From Leptospiraceae bacterium (lineage in GTDB: Bacteria > Spirochaetota > Leptospiria > Leptospirales > Leptonemataceae), in assembly GCA_040217195.1 (NCBI GenBank), contig JAVJNR010000004.1, positions 256,001 to 320,000 of the forward strand: a DNA stretch of 64,000 nucleotides, in the 5' to 3' direction. This document shows positions 9,939 to 19,730 of the stretch, piece by piece. Each line of letters begins with the position of its first letter. Within the stretch, counting starts at the first letter, position 1. The position numbers were made by a program, and so were the translations under genes. Below the pieces are notes generated by a model. It searched no databases, was not told the origin of the DNA, and saw only the letters and a list, made by a program, of their open reading frames with translations.

Positions 9939-11033
9939 TCAGGATGGAGCGAGGAAGATAGCGAGGCATGCATCCTGTTTTGAATCAACCATTATTTTGG
10001 AGAATAGAATAGAGTAAGCTTTTCCAGCATCATCGTGAATTGGGATAGAGTTCTTCAAATCCTCATCAGTCAAAAGTCCTGTTTTCGGAAAATCCGAGAA
10101 ATGATCAAAAATCAATGATCCCAGTAATGTCTCTGAAGTGGTATCAAGAAGTTTATCGAATTCTTTGTTTTCTTTCAGTATTGTGCCTTTTTCGCACTCA
10201 ATTAAGGCCATTGGGATGGAATTTTCCATGAATAGATTACGATACAGGGCCCGGGATTCCCGTATTTCTTCCCTTACTCGATGATGCTCGGTCATATCGT
10301 GGCAGGTAAAAAGTAAGGATGCTTGATCAATGTTAACCGGCCGCACATCTATCGAGAAATGTTGCTTCCCCTTTCGCGGATTATCCACAGCCAGTTCTAT
10401 GTTCTCAACTTTGTGAAGTTCCAGCTTTTTCAGAGCCTCCCGTAGGCCCGTTCCCAAAAGAGCGTCCAGAGTGTGCATATCCTCTATCTCTCTTTGAGTA
10501 AATCCATGGATGCGCTCTGCATTCGGACAGACAAAAGTGAGGTTCAAATCAGAATCGGTAAGGAAAACTGCATCGCTTACGTTTTCTAGAGTGAGTCTGT
10601 AGAAAAGTTTCGATTTTTCCAAAAGCTCCGATTGATTCTTCTCCTCCTTGCGAGAGGCAAATAGCTTTAAAGCCATTTTGATGGATGCATCCAGTACAAT
10701 GAATCCTGAATCCTTCACAACATAACCATAGGAACTGATCTGCTCCGTTCGCTGCACTATTTCAGGCTCGGTATGCGATGACAGAAATAGTACCGGCACA
10801 TCATTGATTTCATTAATCTGACTGGCGGCCTCTGTACCATCCATGCCGGCACCAAGATCAATATCCATGATTATCAGATGCCCCTGAAAGCTACCGCTGC
10901 GAACTCTTTGGAGTGCTGCTTCTCCGCTGGATTCATGCTCCATGAGGTACCCAAGTTCTTCCAGTCTTCGTATGGTTGCCAGAGCCACTATGGGGTCATC
11001 TTCGACCAGTAGCAAATGGGGTTCTGACGGCAT
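9939..11033 (-). CDS. receiver domain protein with PAS domains (no recognisable output domain)
   Basis: LLVEDD...MDIDL...YGYVVK receiver, then PAS-like segments (LENVSDAVFLTD; LFMENSIPMALI). Start moved to 11033. Confidence 0.85.
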   Translation of the reverse strand: MPSEPHLLLVEDDPIVALATIRRLEELGYLMEHESSGEAALQRVRSGSFQGHLIIMDIDLGAGMDGTEAASQINEINDVPVLFLSSHTEPEIVQRTEQISSYGYVVKDSGFIVLDASIKMALKLFASRKEEKNQSELLEKSKLFYRLTLENVSDAVFLTDSDLNLTFVCPNAERIHGFTQREIEDMHTLDALLGTGLREALKKLELHKVENIELAVDNPRKGKQHFSIDVRPVNIDQASLLFTCHDMTEHHRVREEIRESRALYRNLFMENSIPMALIECEKGTILKENKEFDKLLDTTSETLLGSLIFDHFSDFPKTGLLTDEDLKNSIPIHDDAGKAYSILFSKIMVDSKQDACLAIFLAPS

Positions 11034-11208
11034 CGTGATTGTCATTGTATTGGAAGCGCCCCTGTCGCAAGAATTTGACTGCCCCTGGCCCGGCAGCAAA
11101 GTATTCCCCGGAGTTTATTACAGAATTAAGCCCACGAGCCGGAAGGAAGTCAAGGTACTTGAAAGATAAAAGAAAGTCCTGCAAGCGAGCAATTCTGCTT
11201 TTCTCTGG

Positions 11209-11910
11209 TTGGCTGGATGGCTATGCTCGAAGATGCACCTGGTAAGAGAAATGGATTCTACAGATTCAGATAGCAAATACCATGGCAATGGTTCTCTGCG
11301 ATTGGCTCTGGCGGCCGTAATCGTAGAACTGGGGATTCATATTTTGCATTTTGGGGGCTGGCTACCGGCTTTTATGGTTGGAGTAATCCCGAGAACCATT
11401 CAAGGATTACCAGGAATCATTTTTGCTCCCTGGCTGCATGGAAGCTGGACTCATTTGTTCTCCAACTCCGCGCCACTCTTTCTGGCCGTGTGGGGCACCA
11501 GCTATCTGTACCACAGGATTCGATTCCCGGTACTCTTTCTTTCCATGATCGCACCGGGTATTGCTGTTTGGTTCTGGGATGATTCTGCCATGCACCTGGG
11601 GGCCAGCGGCTGGATTTATGCACTTCTTGCATTCATTTTCTGGTCCGGGCTTTTCCGACGACACCCACGTTCCATCGCACTTTCTCTAATCATTGTCTTT
11701 CTTTACGGTGGAATGGTATGGCAGGTATTACCTCTGGAAGAAGGTGTATCCTGGCAGTCCCATCTGACTGGAGCCATTGCCGGTTTCCTTCTTGCTGTCA
11801 TCTATCGAAAGACTCCCATTGATGACCCTGAAGAAATTGAAAAAGAAGCAGAAGAGTATGATGATGATTTTGGATACACTATGGAATCCGGTCCATTTCG
11901 CGACCTTTGA
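11209..11910 (+). CDS. rhomboid intramembrane serine protease
   Basis: HGSWTHLFSN, GASG catalytic Ser, SHLTGA catalytic His. True start may be slightly downstream. Confidence 0.92.
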   Translation: MAGWLCSKMHLVREMDSTDSDSKYHGNGSLRLALAAVIVELGIHILHFGGWLPAFMVGVIPRTIQGLPGIIFAPWLHGSWTHLFSNSAPLFLAVWGTSYLYHRIRFPVLFLSMIAPGIAVWFWDDSAMHLGASGWIYALLAFIFWSGLFRRHPRSIALSLIIVFLYGGMVWQVLPLEEGVSWQSHLTGAIAGFLLAVIYRKTPIDDPEEIEKEAEEYDDDFGYTMESGPFRDL

Positions 11911-11973
11911 TATTTGCTCTAACTCTCTGTCCAGGCCAGCGCATCTATACCGAAGTTTCATTTCGAATAACAG

Positions 11974-14900
11974 CTACTGGCTATTTCTCACCTCAACAAC
12001 CCAATTTCGAATCCTTTCCAGAAATGAATCCGTGGATTCTCCTTTTTGAATCATCGCATCCAGTTTCTGTAAATCTTCGCTGAATTCCTGCATCTGCAAT
12101 GAAAGTGCAGTGCCACGCATATGATGAATCAATTGATGGGCCGCCCGGGCTTCTGCCCGATCGATACAGTTCAGCAGCTTCTCTAGATCACCTTCCAGAC
12201 TGGGCACTGCGGCTGAAACGATTTCCTTGATGACTGAGGAGCTTAGACCAGTCTTCTCTGAAATACGAGCATGCAGGACACCTCTGCGATCGGATTCGAT
12301 CCACCTTTCAATTACTTCAAGAAAATCCTTTCGCATTAGCGGCTTTGCAAGAAAGTCATTCATTCCAGCCTGCATGCAACGTTCTCTTTCATTATCCAGG
12401 GTTGCAGCCGTTAGAGCAATGATCGGAATATCGACAAGATCCTTCCACCGGCGAATTTGACGAGCCGTCTCCAGTCCATCCATGCGGGGCATATGCAAAT
12501 CCAGAAAAATCAGATGGGGCTTTTTTTCCCTGGTCTTTCGCAGGGCTTCCTCCCCATCCCTTGCTTCAATAATTTCAGCTCCAGGGAGTAAGCTCTGAAG
12601 CATATGCCGTGTCAGATTCAGATTGACCAGGTTATCTTCGGCGATGAGCAGTCGGACCTGCTCCGGACTTTCCAGAGATAATTCTTGAGGCTGCAGGGAA
12701 TCGGTTTTCTGCTGGAAGAGCCTCTCCAGGCTTGCAACATCCAGAGGCCGGCTGATTTTTCTGGTATGGACTCCAGAAATGGATTCTGGAATCAAAGGCA
12801 TGTTATCGCTCAACCTGCAGGCAAAAATCACTGTGGCTTCGGAAGCATACGTAGTGAGAAATGAGATAAGACCAGCTCCATAGAATAGTTCATCGACCAG
12901 GATTAAATCGAAATTTGAAGCTTGAATTCTGGACTGCAAATCCTCCAGGTTTCGAACAGATACGGTTTCCAGTCCCTGAGCTTCCAAAATTCTGCGCACC
13001 GACTTTATCGCTGCCGGAGATGAGTCCGCAATCAGCGCTCGGTTGAATTCTCTTAGAGATCTGTATCGATTGGGAGTGGAATCCAGAACTTCTACGGGGA
13101 TTTCAAAAAGGAACGTAGTGCCCTGCATTCTCTGGTCCAGGATCTCAATTTCTCCGCCCATGAGCTCCACCAGCTGCGATGCAATAGTGAGCCCCAGACC
13201 GGTGCTATTCTCCGGGCTAATCTCGCTACTACGCGAAAAGGCTTTGAAAATATCATCTCTTAAAGCAGGATCAATCCCGGGACCCGTATCTCTCACGGCA
13301 AAACGAAGTTTGCTTGCTTCTTCTATATATTGTAGCTTTAGTTCTACTTCTCCGGCAGGACAAAACTTAACAGCATTGCCCAGGAGGTTCACAAGAACCT
13401 GACGCAAATGCACTATATCCATTTTCAGAAGCGAAGGAAGATTCGGATCTAGCTCTATCAAAAGCTCCAATCCCTTTTGATGGGCCTGAAATAGTACAGC
13501 TTCAATGGACTGTCGCGCCATGATTGCTGGATCAGCTTCTACATAGACCAGCTCCATACTGCCGGAATCCAGCCTCGAAAAATCCAGAACGTTGTTAACT
13601 ACGCTCAACAGAATTCCCGCAGATTGGTGAACCAGTTCTGCGTACTGGCGCGCCGGATTATTCAGCTGCAATCGAGATAGCAAGTCGGAATAACCTATGA
13701 CACCGTTCAGAGGAGTGCGAAGTTCATGGCTCATATATGCCAGGAATCGTCCTTTAGACTTTACTGCAATCTCTGCCTTCTCTCTGGCTTCCTCGAGCTC
13801 CCGTTCGGCCTTCTTGCGCGCAGTCACATCCCTCTGGACCCCAAAATGACCTACAATCCGACCCTGGCCGTCATACATGCAGATATAGTCGCCTTCCACA
13901 GAAAAAGAAGTACCGTCCATTCTTCGTTCATCGGTTTGCAGTAAGGCCCGGCCGCTATCAAAGAACTCCCGCCAGATCTGTCTTCCATGCAGAGGGTCAT
14001 GATTGAAGAAGTCTGCTGGAGTAAGGCCCAGAAAAGATTCCTCCGAGGCACCATACTGGTCCAGCATCGCCTGGTTAACCTTTGTGACTCTTTGATGTGC
14101 AAAAACGTAGTCCAGCACAGACTCTTTGTCTACGTCATCGTTCCAGACAACAGGCTCATCCAGCGTCATAAAGAAAAACCCGGCAAGAGAGTTCTTAAAG
14201 AAGAGCTCAAACTTCTCCGAGCTATCCTTTACCTGCATTTCTGCCTGAACTCTTTCCGTTACATTTCGCACGGTGCAGATGATGTGCTTCTGTTCATCCG
14301 GAGTTCGATGCAACGCGGCTACCATGTTGAACCACTGCCTTCCACCGGGCAAATCCAGGTAATACTCGGCAGAGGATCGAATGCCGGTCTTCACCACGGT
14401 ATTTAATGCATCTGTGATGGAGCCAAGCGCCGGTTCCTGAAAACCAATATCATGGATGGAGCGACCCATGAACAAATCGGGCGCAACGAGCAAATCGGAA
14501 TCGTCCGGAGAATGGTAATACTGAATAAAGCGATAATCCAGGTCCACAACGAATACAAGGTCCCCGGTACCGACCAGAAGCTGGCGTAAATGCTCTACCC
14601 GTTGCTCCAGCTTTTGAGCAGTGCCGGAGGTGGAAGTAATGTCAATGAATGCCAGCAGACCTAGCTCTCCCACCGTCCTCCTGCGAATAAGATAAGACCG
14701 TTCCTGTCCTTTTTGGATGATCCGGAGCTCGATGGTATCTTCCTTTGATTTGAAAAAATCCAGGGCCCGGGACAGGTCCTCGGGATGAATTATATCGGAC
14801 CAGCGGATATCCGGGGAAGCACTGGAGTACAGCTCCGATGGAAATAGCTTCTGGATTAGTTCGGGACTGAGGTAAAAATTATCCGGATCTACAAGATCTA

Positions 14901-15015
14901 CGATACCAGTTCCATCCAGTAATTCAGAAACAGAGCTGCCCCTGGTAAGGTCCAGCCAGCGATGATATAGTTCTTCGTTCACGATTCTTTGCTCTTTTAG
15001 GTCGCAACCTGCCAT
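11974..15015 (-). CDS. hybrid sensor histidine kinase (PAS domains, HisKA, HATPase, two REC, HPt)
   Basis: SHELRTPL, NLLGNAVKF, DTGPGI, GLGL, AEDN...DLHMP receiver, HHMRG HPt-like motif. Confidence 0.93.
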   Translation of the reverse strand: MAGCDLKEQRIVNEELYHRWLDLTRGSSVSELLDGTGIVDLVDPDNFYLSPELIQKLFPSELYSSASPDIRWSDIIHPEDLSRALDFFKSKEDTIELRIIQKGQERSYLIRRRTVGELGLLAFIDITSTSGTAQKLEQRVEHLRQLLVGTGDLVFVVDLDYRFIQYYHSPDDSDLLVAPDLFMGRSIHDIGFQEPALGSITDALNTVVKTGIRSSAEYYLDLPGGRQWFNMVAALHRTPDEQKHIICTVRNVTERVQAEMQVKDSSEKFELFFKNSLAGFFFMTLDEPVVWNDDVDKESVLDYVFAHQRVTKVNQAMLDQYGASEESFLGLTPADFFNHDPLHGRQIWREFFDSGRALLQTDERRMDGTSFSVEGDYICMYDGQGRIVGHFGVQRDVTARKKAERELEEAREKAEIAVKSKGRFLAYMSHELRTPLNGVIGYSDLLSRLQLNNPARQYAELVHQSAGILLSVVNNVLDFSRLDSGSMELVYVEADPAIMARQSIEAVLFQAHQKGLELLIELDPNLPSLLKMDIVHLRQVLVNLLGNAVKFCPAGEVELKLQYIEEASKLRFAVRDTGPGIDPALRDDIFKAFSRSSEISPENSTGLGLTIASQLVELMGGEIEILDQRMQGTTFLFEIPVEVLDSTPNRYRSLREFNRALIADSSPAAIKSVRRILEAQGLETVSVRNLEDLQSRIQASNFDLILVDELFYGAGLISFLTTYASEATVIFACRLSDNMPLIPESISGVHTRKISRPLDVASLERLFQQKTDSLQPQELSLESPEQVRLLIAEDNLVNLNLTRHMLQSLLPGAEIIEARDGEEALRKTREKKPHLIFLDLHMPRMDGLETARQIRRWKDLVDIPIIALTAATLDNERERCMQAGMNDFLAKPLMRKDFLEVIERWIESDRRGVLHARISEKTGLSSSVIKEIVSAAVPSLEGDLEKLLNCIDRAEARAAHQLIHHMRGTALSLQMQEFSEDLQKLDAMIQKGESTDSFLERIRNWVVEVRNSQ

Positions 15016-15205
15016 AGTATCTTAGTAGACGGAAAAAAGAAAGGGCCCCTCAACGTTGGTTCTTTTTTGCCCTCAGATCTGGCTGGTACTATTGACAGCG
15101 ATCTTTCGTAATCTTTATCACTATACTTTATATCTTTCTCGAGAGTTTCGTCGCCGCACAGGGGCTCAGAGACTACCCGGCAACGTTAGGGATCTATCCA
15201 GGAGT

Positions 15206-16069
15206 TCACGGTGGCTCCACAAGAAATTCGCCGACCAGAGGCCAATGGTCCGAGGCATCGCTATCGATTGTATAGGTTTCCTCCACTTTCAGATTCGAGT
15301 AGAAAATATAGTCCAGGGTAATAGAATCGGGAACTAAAAAAGATGGAATGGGAGCCAGGGCCTGCCTCGTGGATTCCGGCAAAGGGAATGTGTCGTGATT
15401 CGAAGGGAAGATACTACCATCACCATCGGCGTATCCAGCCTCCTCCAGCATTTCATATTCGCTCATCCAGAAGCCTGGTAGGCCACGAAGGAGATTGAAA
15501 TCTCCCAGTAAAACCCTGGGGCCACTCGCTGGCCCCAGCCATTCGAATAGATCCTGCAACTCCTTCTTTCGGTGCATGGATCTGCGCATTATGTTTTGTC
15601 TGTCGGACCCGACGCCTGCCAGGGGAGTTAAGTGCAGAGTCACAAACTCCACCGGTTGCCCCTGAATATCTACGACGATTCGTAAGGCTCGCCTGGAATG
15701 GCCCAGACGGATTTCATCGGATCGCAGAACAGGTAGTCTGGAAAGAAAGGCCAGGACCCAGTATGATTGGCCATGGCGGACATAGGGCTGGCTGATAACG
15801 TACCGATAATTCAGATTGCGGGCAATGGTGCCCACCGGGGAGCCTCTGGAAAATCCCACTTCCTGCAGGGCTACCACATCTGCATCCAGGTTCTTTAATG
15901 TAGATTGAATTCCAGACCAGCCACTATGAAAATAATGCACGTTGTACGTGGCTGCCTTAAAAACGATTCTGTTCGAATTACGAAAGGATAGTATCAGACA
16001 GGCGGCGCCCAGAAGTGACACCGCCAGAAGCAGAATAATAAAATGCCTTACTTGAATCCTATATCGCAT
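15206..16069 (-). CDS. endonuclease/exonuclease/phosphatase family protein, membrane-anchored
   Basis: TYNV, ALQEV, TLHL, GDFN, LDYIF, SDHWP. Confidence 0.92.
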   Translation of the reverse strand: MRYRIQVRHFIILLLAVSLLGAACLILSFRNSNRIVFKAATYNVHYFHSGWSGIQSTLKNLDADVVALQEVGFSRGSPVGTIARNLNYRYVISQPYVRHGQSYWVLAFLSRLPVLRSDEIRLGHSRRALRIVVDIQGQPVEFVTLHLTPLAGVGSDRQNIMRRSMHRKKELQDLFEWLGPASGPRVLLGDFNLLRGLPGFWMSEYEMLEEAGYADGDGSIFPSNHDTFPLPESTRQALAPIPSFLVPDSITLDYIFYSNLKVEETYTIDSDASDHWPLVGEFLVEPP

Positions 16070-16413
16070 TCACATTGTTCGTATTCATTCTTAATGCTAC
16101 GACAGGCAACCACGACGGCTGTTTCCTTCTGTCCGCCCCTTCCGCTCATGGACATACCACTTACCTGGGCCAATCCCATGGCCGAGGATGTGCAGGAGGC
16201 CTCTTTTTTGGCGGGGCTGTTGGTTGCCACGGCACTTGACTGAGCTCTGGCTTTGAAATTCTCGATGCGATCCAACCCGTATTCTTTCATCGCCGCCTGC
16301 CGATCTGCGCGATCAAATTTGTAGTTACTTTCCGGTCTGGGAGATTCCACGCTGGCGCAGGCGGCTGTCATAAGAGCCAGAGCCAGCAATGTAAAAATGC
16401 AGGTGTATTTCAT
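16048..16413 (-). CDS. hypothetical lipoprotein
   Basis: Signal peptide ending TAAC; Cys-rich C-terminus; overlaps the start of the EEP gene. Confidence 0.65.
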   Translation of the reverse strand: MKYTCIFTLLALALMTAACASVESPRPESNYKFDRADRQAAMKEYGLDRIENFKARAQSSAVATNSPAKKEASCTSSAMGLAQVSGMSMSGRGGQKETAVVVACRSIKNEYEQCECDIGFK

Positions 16414-16664
16414 CCCCGAATTGGAAGCCTTTCCTCAACTCTGTCCAGTCAAATCCTGGGACTATCTGATTTGCGGATTAAAAGAGTAAGGATTGGCAAA
16501 CCTGGTACCTCTGAAGGGTTCCGGACCATGGCGAAGGGTCTCAGGTTCTGCAAAAGGGAGCTCATTTGCAGGAAAGTAGATCTTTAATCGCATCGGCCAT
16601 TGCCCGGTGGCTCTAATTCGAATGAAAACGCAAACTAATTAAGTCAATCGGGACAAATGGCCCA

Positions 16665-16693
16665 TTGCATTTGTCTGCTCTCCGGACTATGCT
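16665..16693 (+). promoter_or_regulatory. sigma70-type promoter TTGCAT-N17-TATGCT
   Basis: Consensus-like hexamers upstream of the 16754 gene. Confidence 0.55.
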
Positions 16694-16753
16694 ATCTCAA
16701 CAGCGCCTTTCCTGACCGGAAATACCCGAGCCAGGGAAGCGCGAGGAGGATTT

Positions 16754-17269
16754 ATGAATGAAGCTCATCTACACCTTCTGGTGAATCATTTTCCCGTTGT
16801 CGGAGCGATAGTCTCGCTGGTCGCACTGATCGTAGCTCTGGCATGGAATTCAAAAGATTTCAGGAAGTCTGCGTTGATAATAGCCTTGATTTTCGGACTG
16901 TCTGCTATACCTGCCTATTTTTCCGGGGAAGCGGCGGAGGAAATTGCGGAAGAAGCAAATGCAAGTCATGAACGAATCGAGAGTCATGAAGATGCGGCCA
17001 AATTGGCCACTATTGCCGCTATCGTTTCTGGACTGGTGGCAGGTGGAGCTCTCGCTCTAAGGAATGCCCGGCCGGTGGGCCTTTCAGCTGCCGCATTCCT
17101 GTTCTTGATTACTGCCATTCTGATGGCAAGGGCTGCGAACAGTGGAGGTCAAATCGCACATCCAGAGATTCGCGGAGATACTTCCATGGTTTCGCCTACA
17201 ACGAGGAACTATTCTCCCAGCGAAAGTGATGAAAAGCAGGGTTTGAACCGGGAGGAAGAAGATGACTGA
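16754..17269 (+). CDS. DUF2231-like membrane protein
   Basis: HLLVNHFP, SGEAAEE, HEDAA and GGQIAH; four hydrophobic segments; strong SD GAGGAGG. Confidence 0.75.
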   Translation: MNEAHLHLLVNHFPVVGAIVSLVALIVALAWNSKDFRKSALIIALIFGLSAIPAYFSGEAAEEIAEEANASHERIESHEDAAKLATIAAIVSGLVAGGALALRNARPVGLSAAAFLFLITAILMARAANSGGQIAHPEIRGDTSMVSPTTRNYSPSESDEKQGLNREEEDD

Positions 17270-17359
17270 GTGCAAATACTTCCTGTCCCGGGGATAGGAA
17301 ACGTACGCATAGCTTCATGATCGACATAAATTAAGCGGCCCTGGATCAATCCAGGCCGC

Positions 17360-19636
17360 CTACTCTTCAAAATACGGTACCAATCCGCCCTCAAAGGCGG
17401 AAACCGCATTATCCAGATGCACCTGAAAATCTTGCAGGTGCAGTATTTTTTCGCCGGTCAATTCGCCGATCCAGCTCAAAGACAGATCAAATTTACTGGC
17501 CAGATTCTCCACAGCATCCCCATTCTCCGCCTCCACATTCAGTAGAACAGAACCGCAAGTCTCCGCAAACCAGAATAGATCCGGTCGATCCTCAAATAAT
17601 TTGCCGGCTTTAGACTTGAGCTCTCCCATGGATTCCGGATCAGCAGTAAAACCGACCCATTGCGAATTGTAAGGATTGTAGACACTTCGGAAAATCGCAA
17701 AGGCCAGTCCGCCCAGGGAAAGATCCCTGGCTCCCAGCAAAATCCCATTCTGTGCAGCCGTAAATAGGGCGTCGCATAACCTGCTTTCCTGCTTCATATC
17801 GATGGAAGGTGGCATTCCTTCGATTCCACCGGTCCTCATATTCTGGTATTCAGATCCTCCTGCAGAAGGAGCGAATCGTCCCAGCAATGCAACCCGGCTA
17901 CCTGGTTTTTCAAATACAGGCGAAATAGCCTGGTTCAATTTAGGAATAAGACCTACCATACCAATTGTGGGTGTAGGTAACACCGGACCATCCTGACTTT
18001 CATTGTAGAAACTTACATTTCCGCCCGTTACTGGAATGTTGAAAGCACGACAGGCATCGGACATACCACCGATGGCTTCTGAAAACATGTAGTAATTCTC
18101 AGGAATGTATGGATTACCAAAATTCAAACAGTTGGTGATGCCCAGAGGACGAGCCCCGGTAACAGCCACATTCCTGGCCGATTCGCACACAGCTATTTGA
18201 GTGCCCTGGCGAGGATTCAGATATACAAATCTAGAGTTGCAGTCTGTGCTTACAGAGAGAGCTCGATCGGTGCCTGGAATCCTTACAACTCCTCCGTCTC
18301 CGCCTGGACCATGAACCCGTACCAGCCCCACTTCAGTGTCATACTGCTCGAAGACCGGTCGCTTGCTGGCCAGGTTAGGTCTCTTAATCAGGTCCAGAAA
18401 TGTCTGCTCCAGCTCTGCGGAACCCTTAACTTCCGGGATGCTTTTGTCCTTTACTGCAGAAACCGCTTCGATGTAGTCCGGCTTGCTAATTTCTCTGCGA
18501 TACCGGGGGGCTCCGCCGCCAAGAACAAGAGAATCTGCAGGAACTTCAGCACAGAGTTTTCCTTCCCTTTTTACCCGAAGCATACCATCATCGGTTACTT
18601 CGCCAATTCGAACGGCATGCAAATCCCATTTTTTGAATATATCGATGACTTCCTGCTCACGGCCAGGTTTTCCCACAACCAGCATTCTTTCCTGGCTTTC
18701 AGAAAGCATGATTTCGTACGCATTCATTCCATCTTCGCGCAGCGGGACCAGATCCAGGTCAATATTCATACCTGTTTCGCTCTTGGCGCTCATCTCGGAC
18801 GTGCTACAGGATAGCCCGGCAGCGCCCATATCCTGAATGCCAATGATAGCCCCGGTACCGATCAACTCAAGACTGGCTTCCAGAAGTAATTTCTCCATAA
18901 ATGGATCGCCTACCTGCACTGCGCTTCTTTTCTCCTCCGATTCCTGACTCAGATCTCTGGAGGCAAAACTGGCGCCGTGAATACCATCACGACCGGTGGT
19001 GGCGCCAACATAGAATACAGGATTTCCGGGACCATCCGCCCTGGCTCGGGCAATGCCATCGTGAGATACAATTCCTACAGTCATTGCATTTACCAGGCAG
19101 TTACGTGAAAAGGATGGATCGAAAAACAATTCTCCGCCGGCTACAGCAATACCCAGAGAGTTCCCGTAGTCTCCAATTCCGGCCACCGCTCGCTTTAAAA
19201 GATACTGGTTTCTTTTATCATCCGGTGGTCCAAATCGCAAAGAATTCAATGAACAGATGGGCCGGGCTCCCATAGTAAATATATCGCGCATGATGCCACC
19301 CACTCCGGTGGCAGCTCCCTGATATGGCTCAATGGCTGAAGGATGATTATGGGATTCTATCTTAAAAACCACGGCCAGACCTTCGCCGATGTCCAGCGCA
19401 CCCGCATTTTCCTCACCTGCAGCAGCCAGAGAATCGGGAGATTCCGAAGGAAGAGTCTTAAGTAGTAATATAGAATTCTTGTAACTGCAATGCTCGGACC
19501 ACATCCCGGAGTATATGCCCAGTTCGGTGACGGTTGGTACCCGGCCCAGGTATTCCTGGATTTTTTTGTATTCCTCTTCTGTGAGTCCATGCTCCAGAGC
19601 ATCGTTCAGTGTGATCTCTTTCTCGGAGTATAACAT
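17360..19636 (-). CDS. purL: phosphoribosylformylglycinamidine synthase subunit PurL
   Basis: MWSEHCSYK, ESHNHPS, QDMGAAG, SESQERM, GGNVSFYN. Confidence 0.97.
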   Translation of the reverse strand: MLYSEKEITLNDALEHGLTEEEYKKIQEYLGRVPTVTELGIYSGMWSEHCSYKNSILLLKTLPSESPDSLAAAGEENAGALDIGEGLAVVFKIESHNHPSAIEPYQGAATGVGGIMRDIFTMGARPICSLNSLRFGPPDDKRNQYLLKRAVAGIGDYGNSLGIAVAGGELFFDPSFSRNCLVNAMTVGIVSHDGIARARADGPGNPVFYVGATTGRDGIHGASFASRDLSQESEEKRSAVQVGDPFMEKLLLEASLELIGTGAIIGIQDMGAAGLSCSTSEMSAKSETGMNIDLDLVPLREDGMNAYEIMLSESQERMLVVGKPGREQEVIDIFKKWDLHAVRIGEVTDDGMLRVKREGKLCAEVPADSLVLGGGAPRYRREISKPDYIEAVSAVKDKSIPEVKGSAELEQTFLDLIKRPNLASKRPVFEQYDTEVGLVRVHGPGGDGGVVRIPGTDRALSVSTDCNSRFVYLNPRQGTQIAVCESARNVAVTGARPLGITNCLNFGNPYIPENYYMFSEAIGGMSDACRAFNIPVTGGNVSFYNESQDGPVLPTPTIGMVGLIPKLNQAISPVFEKPGSRVALLGRFAPSAGGSEYQNMRTGGIEGMPPSIDMKQESRLCDALFTAAQNGILLGARDLSLGGLAFAIFRSVYNPYNSQWVGFTADPESMGELKSKAGKLFEDRPDLFWFAETCGSVLLNVEAENGDAVENLASKFDLSLSWIGELTGEKILHLQDFQVHLDNAVSAFEGGLVPYFEE

Positions 19637-19730
19637 AAGACAAGGCTGCGATAGGCCTACGGAGGGGCAACCGTTTCAGAAAAATAGGAAAACCGGTTGA
19701 AAGCCTCTCCCTTGCTCACATTGTAACTCA

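Noticed and set aside
15056..15205. TTGACA near 15092 and ORF 15056..15337
   Set aside because: No properly spaced -10; the ORF overlaps the EEP gene on the opposite strand and has no motifs.
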